In this document: positions 54,671 through 64,000 of the stretch, one piece after another | Layout: each line of letters begins with the position of its first letter | Numbering within the stretch: position 1 is the stretch's first letter | From: Octopus vulgaris | Lineage: Eukaryota | Direction: 5' to 3' | Assembly (NCBI GenBank): GCA_951406725.2 | Contig: OX597824.1 | Span: forward strand, 73,842,001 to 73,906,000 | DNA: 64,000 bases | Position numbers and translations under genes: made by a program | Notes under the pieces: model-generated | What the model was told of the DNA's origin: nothing | Seen by the model: the letters and a program-made list of their open reading frames with translations, nothing else | The model's database searches: none

Positions 54671-55031
54671 TCTATAGTGATTGTAAAAAGAAAATGTGGA
54701 AATTGACTACTTAATGTCTGTTCTCAGCATATTGGCATGGAAATAATTTTTCTTTTGCCCTTGTTTATAATTGTTTATAATTTTAACTTTTAAAGGTATT
54801 TTAATATGCTGCCAGTTTTGATGAAATTTTTTTCTGAAAAAAAATTTATCCTATATATGCATAAATGTAATTCTTTTTCCAAATAAACTGCACTTCATAT
54901 TCGAGCCTCCGATGAAGCTATAAGGTGTTACTCAGTTGTAAGCTAATGAAGTTCAGAAGATAATCGTCTGTTCCTTTGTCATCTCATTATATATATATAT
55001 ATATATATATATCCTTTCTCTGTTTTTCCAG

Positions 55032-55068
55032 CGGAGTGTGGTTTTACGAGAAAGATAAAAAAGAATGA
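55032..55068 (+). CDS. SLC46-like transporter, terminal coding exon
   Basis: ctttctctgtttttccag|C GGA GTG TGG...TGA (phase 2; FGVWFYEKDKKE*); several AATAAA follow. Confidence 0.6.
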
Positions 55069-56644
55069 AACGTTTTGCATGAAGGATACAAGAGAATAAA
55101 ACGTTTTGCATGACACCTCAACAAAGCAGAACTCAAAGATTTTCTTAATGATGTTTCGTAGATTTACTAAATAAAGTATCTTGAAGAAGAAACATTGGTA
55201 ACTCGCAGCAAATAAAGCATAATGAGGTTTTTCTTTCTTTTTTCATTACGAATGAATGTGGGTGTGCAAGAATTCACGTGTGTGTGTGTGTAGATTGATA
55301 GAGAAATAGATATACATATGTATGTACTTCCAACTTTAATGCTATATCGCCTGAAGAAATGAACGCACGAACAGACTCACCTGATATCCGTGGATATTAG
55401 AGTGGACTGTAATCATCCCAGGTATGCGGACTATGGTTACAAAAAAAACTTGTGATTTGTGGAAAAGCGCAGAGCGATACATTGAAATATTAATAAATTC
55501 CATCCATGAATTATAATTATTATTACTATATTTATCTTACGCTATATCGGCACAGCTCGATGCTTTCCCATAAACTGCTGTTGCAAGTTAGAATCACTAG
55601 GCCGTAGCCGACACAGTAAAATAGGAGCTATTATATGTGTACTCAAAAACATTTCCCGTAAACGAACTTAAAGGATATATATATATATATATATATATGC
55701 GAATTCCTGTCTATATAAGTATATGTAACGGATTTAATTGATTTCTAGCTTTTGGTGAAGTAGAAGAGGTTAGAAAGGGTCAAGTGGTGAAGACATTATT
55801 TCGGCCCAGGTAAAGGCATCCGGAAAACGTAAAACTGCTGTCAGAGAAAAACCATTGTTCCATCGTGGGAAAAGTTCTATTGCAGTGTTAATTTAAATTT
55901 GGCTATGGTGGATCGAATCCACTTCATGCTTGCAAGATTCACTACATATATATGAATATGCATCTGTTCATTAATTGAACAGATACGCATTAACTGAGCG
56001 AACCTGAAATCAAATATCACCAGTAATTAACAGACTTATGACGAAGGTTCAGCAATGATTAAACCCATGTATTGTAAACTGTCTGCATTAACTGAACAGA
56101 CTTATGATTAAAGTTTAGCGTCAATTGATGAAGCCTCTGTCCAGACGTCGGACTTAATTGGGTAAACCTAAGATCAAAACCCCCCAGTAACTGAATACTT
56201 CTACGATCATTTCGTTCGGTATTGTGCACATAAGGCGGCTTATCAATTTTTTTTACGGTATTGTCACTAGTCCCATTTACTTGAACCTATTTCTTTAGTA
56301 CCACAAGGGGCTAAACACAGAGGGGACAAACAAGGACAGACAAACGGATCAAGTCGATTACATCGATCCCAGTGCGTAATTGATACTTAAGCAAGCTACT
56401 TACCACACAGCCACTTCTGCGCCTCCACACAGCCCGACTTTATAATCATCCACTGTATACACATTTTTGAAATACCATATGTATGCATGTAAGGACTTAA
56501 ATGGTTTCTGTCTACCAAATTCACTCAAAAGAATTGATTGACATGGGGCTATAATAGAAGACATTTGCTGATCGATATGATTGGACAGAAGTTCTGATAT
56601 ACTATTTGGCATCACCGACGATAATTTCTATTGGACAGCCACCG

Positions 56645-57214
56645 AGGCAATGACTAGTGACCGACACCTTTGGAAATATGCTGTGCTTGAGAAAATCCGG
56701 CAAGCCAAGTGAGACCATAAAACCGTGGCCTATGCCAGGGGTGTAACCAGCCCACTTATGCGTAACTTTCCTTCTTTGGACACTAAACTCTGCTTGCGAA
56801 GACCTGTTGAGGCAAGTGAAATCGAAATCAAATTCGATGACTGGCTTCCGTGCCGGTGGCACGTAAAAAGCACCATTCGAGCGTGATCGTTACCAGCGTG
56901 GCCTTACTGGCACGAGAAAAAAAGCATTCGAGCGTGGTCGTTGCCAGTGCCGCTGGACTGGCTCCTGTGCAGGTGGCACGTAAAAAACACCATTTGAACG
57001 TGGCCGTTGCCAGTACCGCCGGACTGGCCCTCGTGCTGGTAGCAAGTAAAAGCACCCACTACACTCTCGGAGTGGTTGGCGTTAGGAAGGGCATCCAGCT
57101 GTAGAAACTCTGCCAGATCAGATTGGAGCCTGGTGCAGCCATCTGGTTCGCCAGTCCTCAGTCAAATCGTCCAGCCCATGCTAGCATGGAAAGCGGATGT
57201 TAAACGATGATGAT
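56645..57214 (+). mobile_element. RTE LINE 3' end
   Basis: EAMTSDRHLWKYAVLEKIRQAK*, internally repetitive 3'UTR, ggcgttaggaagggcatccagc, (GAT)n tail. Confidence 0.75.
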
Positions 57215-57822
57215 AAACTTTCACTCACCCGAAGTTCTCATGGAAACTAGTCATCTGACCCGAAAGAACATTCTTTAGAGTAGCTAACCCCGTCCCACAC
57301 GTCATATCTGAGCGCTTTTCCCTTAATTCGTAGGTTTATGTCGACTCGAACAAGTATTGCTTATTTACACTGTATAACAGAAATACATAACACAGTGACC
57401 TCCCTTGCGGTGCGAAATTGTAAGAGAACTGAAATTTATTTCATTTGTTACTTGTTTCAGTGATTTTAGATAAATGAAAGACAGTCAACCATGGTGTGAT
57501 TTGAAATGAGAACTTATAAAATATTTGCAGATATTGCTTCAGTATGCATAGTTTCACATCACAAGGGAGATCACTGTGTTATTTACAATTTAAATGGTAA
57601 TGCTTCGTCTTCCTTCCTAGTTATAAATTAAGCTGATTTCAGTATACACACACTTAAGATTTTGACTTGAAACCTCAGCATGATGAGTGAGGATAGTGAA
57701 AATATATTAACCAAAGGAATTTTTTTTTGTAATAGATTTGTTTTATGTTTTCCGTTCACTACTATAACATTTTAAATCAAATATGGAAATTAGAATTTAA
57801 GTCTTTATTTAAAAAAAAAAGG

Positions 57823-58233
57823 GGATCTTTTCGGTTTGAACGGCAGTTTTTAACATAATTTCTAGGTAACTGAAAAATTTTAAACTTCGTATACTGGTAG
57901 AATGTGTTTATAAAACATCTTTTCCTCTTGGCTTTATTGAGAAAATTCTATAGTTGTAAGATATTTGTTGTTTCTTTTCTTCAATTTCAACCAATCAGTG
58001 ACGTCTATTGAGTTAAAAAGCTTTGTGCTGTATGAATATTCCCGCGTTTAAGAAACACATTGGGTTTATTTACATTTGTGAAGAAAAAAAAGATACCCTT
58101 CCCCCACCCCTAACCGTAACTAACCCTAACCCTAAAAGAGATTGAAATGCAATAGATCGATACTAGGGTCATAATTATGGGTGGCAATTTCATGACAACG
58201 CTAGAAAAACTGCCATTCAAACCGAAAAGATCC
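57823..58233. mobile_element. MITE of the same family as 39389, opposite orientation
   Basis: Same TIRs; flanks aaaaaagg/aaaaaacg; internal cctaaccc repeats. Confidence 0.8.
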
Positions 58234-58651
58234 AAAAAACGTTTCATGAGACAATTTAGTTATGGAACCAATATTAGTTATTAATTTTTGTTATAATTAT
58301 AACCATTATTTCTTCATTATTCACAAATATGACTTATATAGTCACAGAATTCTACATAAGATGGTGACCGCCCTTGTAGTGCAAATGTATACAAATAATA
58401 TTACCATAATTTCTGACATACAAGATGAGTTTTTCAGACCAAAATAATACTGGTAGCTGACTTATACACCAAAATGACATTGGAGGACCAAAAATTCCAT
58501 GTGAAATAGAACAGGATTTAGAAAGACAGTGACAATGTTTGAATGTTTATATAACACGTTTACACTATATACCACATCGATTTGTATGTCAGAACATATG
58601 ATATTTCAGCAACTGAGGTGTTTGAAGGGAAAAGTCAACTCTTAAGATTTG

Positions 58652-58937
58652 GGTACTACTTGAAAACAGTGGTCCCGGTGCCTGCACTCGCGTAGTCACG
58701 CATCCGTGCTAGCTAGTCGTGACTAGTCGATCCTACAACGACTACCTAGCAAAGTAAATAAAACACAAAATAAATAATTTTTTTACACTAAGTAAATAAC
58801 TTTTGTTAAACACAGTAAATAAAACACAAAAACACAAAGTAAATAATTTTTTAAACAAAGTAAGGATCGACTAGTCATGACTAGCTAGCGCAGATGCGCG
58901 AGTGCGCGCACCGGGACCACTGTTCTCAAGTAGTACC
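58652..58937. mobile_element. MITE with about 80-bp TIRs and 9-bp TSD (Mutator/Merlin-like)
   Basis: ggtactacttgaaaacagtggtcccggtgc... / ...gcaccgggaccactgttctcaagtagtacc; TSD taagatttg at 58643-58651 and 58938-58946. Confidence 0.85.
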
Positions 58938-59224
58938 TAAGATTTGAACGCAAAAACACAAAATCAAATAACCACAACATCTTTACTCTTTCATTTTTCC
59001 TGTTTAACTCACTTTGCCTTCTTTCAGTTTTGTTTTGCTTTCTTTTTTTTAAATAAAATAGCCATTTTTCACTTTTGATTTTTTTTTAAATATTCCTTCT
59101 TTTTTTTAAGTTACAGTGCATTTATTAGTATTGATAACAACAGGTTCAAACTTCAAAGCAGTATTTTCACTCATCAACTGTACTCAATGGGTTCAAGAAA
59201 ACTCCATTTTAACAAGAATTCTTT

Positions 59225-60400
59225 ACTGTACTTATGGGCATTATTCACAAATGTTTACAATGCTTATAGCATTGTTCACCACTATTTACCATTCTTATGA
59301 GTACTGTTCACAAATGTTTACACAGTTGTTTACTGAGATAACAAGCATTGTTCACAACTGTTTGCGATGCTTATGAGAACAGTTAACAAATGTTTACAAC
59401 TGTTTACTATGCTTATGAGCATTGTTCACAAATGTTTACTATGCTTACAGCACTGTTCTCTACCGTTTTCTATGGTTATGAGCACTGTTCACCAATGTTT
59501 CCTATGTTTACATCATTTGTTTACTCAGTTAATAAGCATTGTTCACAACTGTTTACTATGCTTATGAGTGGTGTCCATGAATGTTTCACAGTATTATTTA
59601 CAAAAGTTTACTGAGCCAACAAATAGTTCAGAGTTCATACAGGTGTACTGGTCTTAAATCATTGTTTACAAATGATTACCCAGTTTATAGTATTGTTCAT
59701 GTTTACCTTTAAAACAAGCATTGCTCATAAATGTTTATCATGCTCACTGTAAATATTGTCCATGCTAACATTGTTCACTAATATATCCTGCATTTGTAAG
59801 CTTTGCTTACAACTGTTTACCAGGCTAACAACATTCTTCATAAACGTGCTCATAAGTTTTGTTCATAAATGTTTACAATGCATATAGTACCCTTTACTGT
59901 TTGCCATGCTTAGAGCATTGTTCACCAATGTTTACTATGCTTAAAGCATTGTTCACCAATGTTTACTATGCTTAAAGCATTGTCCACAAATGTTTACCAT
60001 ACAGCATTCTTCACACAGTATGGTCAACAAAGTTTATCATACGTCCAGTATTGTTCACAAATGTTTACCATGCTTAAAATATTGTTCACAAATGCTTAAA
60101 GTGCTAATAAGCATTGTTCATACTTAATACTTACATTCTTAATACTTACAATCATTCTTAATACTTACAGTGTGGTTCACAAACGTTTACCATGCTTACA
60201 GTATTGTTTACAAATGTTTACTGTACTTCTAGCATTGCTCATGGATGCTTGCAATGCTAACAGGCATTGTTCATTAAACTTTACAATGCTAACAAGCATT
60301 GTTTACAATGTTTACCATGCTAAGAAGCACTGTTCACAATATTTACCATGCTAACAAGAATTGTTCACAATATGTTTACCATACTTCCAGCATTGTTCAG
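59225..60400. repeat. Degenerate minisatellite, unit about 31-33 bp
   Basis: Consensus about gcattgttcacaaatgtttaccatgctta(ca). Confidence 0.85.
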
Positions 60401-61819
60401 AAAAAGGCTAATAACTTTCCAAAAGTCCACAATCCTTAAAATACAATAAACCCCCCTAGTTTTTTTATCAGTTTTTTCTTCTTCCCTTGGTTCCAGTTAT
60501 TGGACTGTAAACCATGCTGATAACCATCTTCAGTGGTATTGTATAATCAACTATATCCACACCAGTAATTGTTTCATTGACATTTATTTTATCAAACTCA
60601 GAAAGATGAAAAGGCAATGTCGACTTGAGCAACATTCAAATCCTATACAAAATAGGTTATGGATAATAGGAAAGAAAAAAAAAAAGGGAAAAAAAATCTA
60701 TTAGGGGGTAAAAATACTGATTTATTGCCTATTTTTTGTCATCTTTTTTTTATATATTAAAAAATTTTTTTTCTTCTTTTTATTTTACTTTAGATAATTG
60801 TTAAGTTACATGTCAATGGTAGTGGTGGTGGTGGTGGAAGTGGTGGTTGATGTTACTGTTGTTGTAGTGTTCCTCATTATTATTGTTGGTGATGTTACTG
60901 CTAATAGAGTTCTGCCATTGCAAGTGTTGTTTAGAAATGATGTTGTTGTTGTTGTTGGGGGTGGTGGTGTCATTATCAGTTATGTTTCTGTTGCAGTTCT
61001 TTACAATATGCTGCTGCTGTTGTTGTTGTTGTTGTAGTCATCGTCGACGTTGCTGTTAATCCTTGATAATCCGCTGCTTTAGTCGTCATGTCATCGTTGT
61101 TGCTTGTTCTTATTGAATGGTTTAGTCTATGACCTGACTGACAGCAGGTTTTTTTTTAAGACAATGGAACCGTCTCACAGAGAAATTTCACAAAGCAGAA
61201 GAAAGAAAAGAAAGAGTACAGGGGAAACAAAGGCAGATACGGAGAGGTGAGTGTGGATAGGATGGTAGGAGGGGAAGAACAGATGGAGAAAAAGGATAGA
61301 AGGAAAGTAAAAAAAAAAATTAAAAGAAAAAAAAAACTAAACCAAATGATGAAAGACAGAGGAACATGTAAAGGGCAGCACAGCTTAAAATAAGAAATAC
61401 TTAGTGACATTCATGACAAATCCAGTACAAAATAGAGATATCGTCACGAGGAATCCATCTGGCTGTCCAACTAGTTCTCGTATCGCTGTCAAAGATTTCA
61501 TCAACCAATTTGCATTGCTCTGAGAGTCAATGGGCTGAAAAGTACAGAAAATAAAACAATGACAATAAAACAAAAATAAGAATTGAAAATTCAATCAATT
61601 AATACTTATCTAAACCCCCACACACACTTTTTTTTTTATCCCAACACATCTGAAATTACCTGTTAGCTCTGTGATACAATCTTCCAGTTGCTAAGTGATT
61701 TCAATAGAAACCTTTCATCAAAATTTCGCAATTTATGCTCCAAATGCTAGCTTAATAACGACAAAGTTAGTTTACCAAATTCTTTGTTATTTTCAAAATT
61801 GAAACACAGGTAGTGTATT

Positions 61820-62102
61820 CATCATCATCATCATCATCATCGTTTAACGTCTGCTTTCCATGCTAGCATGGGTTGGATGATTTGACTGAAGTCTGGCGAA
61901 CCAAATGGCTGCACCAGACTCCAATCTGACCTGGCAGAGTTTCTACAGCTGGATGCCCTTTCTAATGCCAACCACTCCAAGAGTGTAGTGTGCGCTTTTA
62001 CATACCACCTGCATGAGGGCCAGTCAGGCAGTACTGGCAATGGCCACACTCAAATGGTGTTTTTTTTATGTGCCACCTGCACAGGAGCCAGTCCAGTGGC
62101 AC
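61820..62102 (-). mobile_element. RTE 3'UTR copy
   Basis: (CAT)n cgtttaacgtctgctttccatgctagcatggg...ggatgcccttt, the reverse of the 57000-57214 region. Confidence 0.8.
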
Positions 62103-62684
62103 TAAAACATATAGTAACAAAAGGGTTAATTATCTCAATTATCTAACTAAGGTGGTGACCTGCTAACCACAAGGTTGCAGGTTCAGATCTTACTATAAGC
62201 CAGTGTTGTGCATTTTGTGCAAGATGCTTCATTCTGACTGCTTATACCAGTTCTCTTAGAATATGTCACTCTAAGTCTTTCTACTATAGGCTCAAGTCCT
62301 GAAAACTTGATTACAGTGTTTGACTAGTAATGATGTCAATGCAATCAAGTTATAGTATTTAAACTCAGACAGTGAAGCTGGATAAAATGCTAAGCATTTT
62401 GTGTGGTGTGCTAATAATTCTGCCAGCTCACCATCTTAAAGACCTATAATGCAAGATTATTATTGGGACTTAGTATATCTAAAGACTACGTTATTAAAAA
62501 AATACTTTTTCGAAGAAATAGTGTAACGTTGCCTGTTTATGTGAGTTCGTTGAAGAAAAATTTGCATGCTCAAATTTATAAACCCATTTTCACCTTGTAA
62601 ATTAAAAAAATCATATATATGCCTCATAACATACGAATGGAAATTATTAACTTGTAAATAATTATTACAAATGAAATTAAGTTG

Positions 62685-63315
62685 GCGAGCTGGCAGAACC
62701 ACGGTGTATTTCTTCTGGCTCAACATTCTGAGTTCAAATCTGCCCAACTCAACTTCCCCCTTCATCATATTGGTGTTGATAAAATAAGTACCAGTTCTAT
62801 ATTTAAGAGATGAGGAATTATGTACATTATTTACATTCAACGGATATTTGTCCTCATCTTGCTTGTTGTTAACATAACGTTTTGGCTGATATACCCTCCA
62901 GCCTTCTTCAGGTGTCTTGGGGAAATTTCAAACCCGAGTTCTCATTCCTAAGGTATTTTTCGATGTTGTTATTATTATTATTATTATTATTAACATCATT
63001 ATTGTTCAGGTCACTGCTTGGAATCGAACTCAGAATCTTGGGCTTAGTAGCCCACGCTCTTAACCACTACGCCATATGCCAGTGGGCTTAGGGAAAATAT
63101 CTTAGGAATGAGAACCCAGGTTCGAAATTTCCCCAAGACACCTGAAGAAGGCTGGAGGGTATATCAGCCGAAATGTGTTAACAACCAACAAGATAGGGAC
63201 AAATATCCGTCAAATGTAAACAATGTAAAATAAGTACCAGTTTAGCGCTGAGGTTGATGTCATTGATTTATCCCCTCCCTCAAAAGTGCTGGTCTTGTGT
63301 CAAAATTTGAAACAA
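62685..63315 (+). mobile_element. Meta-domain SINE split by an insertion
   Basis: 5' part up to aaaataagtaccagtt (62796); body resumes after 63242. Confidence 0.7.
62797..63225 (-). mobile_element. tRNA-headed element with inverted hammerhead-bearing arms and 17-bp TSD
   Basis: TSD taaaataagtaccagtt at 62780-62796 and 63226-63242; arms 62823-62960 / 63093-63225; tRNA-like head on - strand 63080->63006. Confidence 0.75.
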
Positions 63316-64000
63316 TTAATAGAAGTGAAATTAAGGTGGTGAGTTGGCAAAATTGTTGAGCATCGGAAAAAAAATGATCTGCAGTATTTCTTCCAACTTT
63401 TTAACGTTTTAAGTTAAAATTCCACCAAGGTCTGAAATTTTGGGTGAGGCACTAGTCACTCTCCCACATACATTACTGGTACTAATTTTATCAATCCCCA
63501 AAAGAGGATGCAAGGCAAAGTCAGCCTCTGTTGAATTTGAACTTAGAACATAAAAAACAGATGAAACGTCATTAAGCATTTTTTCCAGCACATTAATGAT
63601 TTTTACCAGCCTCTTACCTTGTAGTTGTTTGTTCCTTCTCGAGCCATGCCTGGCTCATAAGGGCCAGTTTCCCGGTCTCATTGGCGTATAGAAAACCATA
63701 ATACTTTTGAAAATGACCTTTTGATAGCGAAAGCTAATGTATATGTGTATTGTTCACAGTTATGAAAAAAGTATTATGGGACAGGTAAGAATTATTTCAG
63801 CTTCTACCTTACCTGATTTGTAGCCATGAAACTGAGTTGCCAATATTGCTGTATGAGATGTCAAAAGATTGGGTAATCTTTTGGCTATCTACATAAAGTA
63901 AGTTTTTTGCACAGCAACCCTATTTTACTACAAAAATTAACACCAAAATGAGGCTGGGTCACACAATTCTGAGGTCTTTTTTGAGGCAATGTTAAGATTT

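Overview
AT-rich, microsatellite-dense eukaryotic DNA. The SINE families (tRNA-headed CORE-like, tRNA-Arg-like and Meta-domain SINEs) and the abundant (TA)n, (CA)n and (TATG)n tracts point to an octopus/cephalopod genome; this is an inference. Most ORFs in the track are microsatellite or SINE artefacts. One host gene can be assembled by eye: a + strand, five-coding-exon SLC46/PCFT-like MFS transporter (43016-43234, 46451-47300, 51062-51145, 51905-52061, 55032-55068; 448 aa). The remainder is transposon-derived: many SINEs, three mariner relics, an internally deleted Gypsy LTR element, RTE, Tx1, R4/Dong-like and Jockey/CR1-like LINE fragments, non-autonomous Helitrons, MITEs and SINE-derived tandem arrays. 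The most unusual signal is a set of type-I hammerhead ribozyme (HHR) motifs in several apparently unrelated short repeat families. They sit in inverted or partial-tandem arrangements typical of Penelope-like pLTRs and retrozymes. One is a TSD-flanked element combining a tRNA-derived Pol III head with HHR-bearing inverted arms (62797-63225), a candidate Penelope-mobilised SINE. All calls are by visual inspection; repeat boundaries are approximate and no database search or folding program was run.
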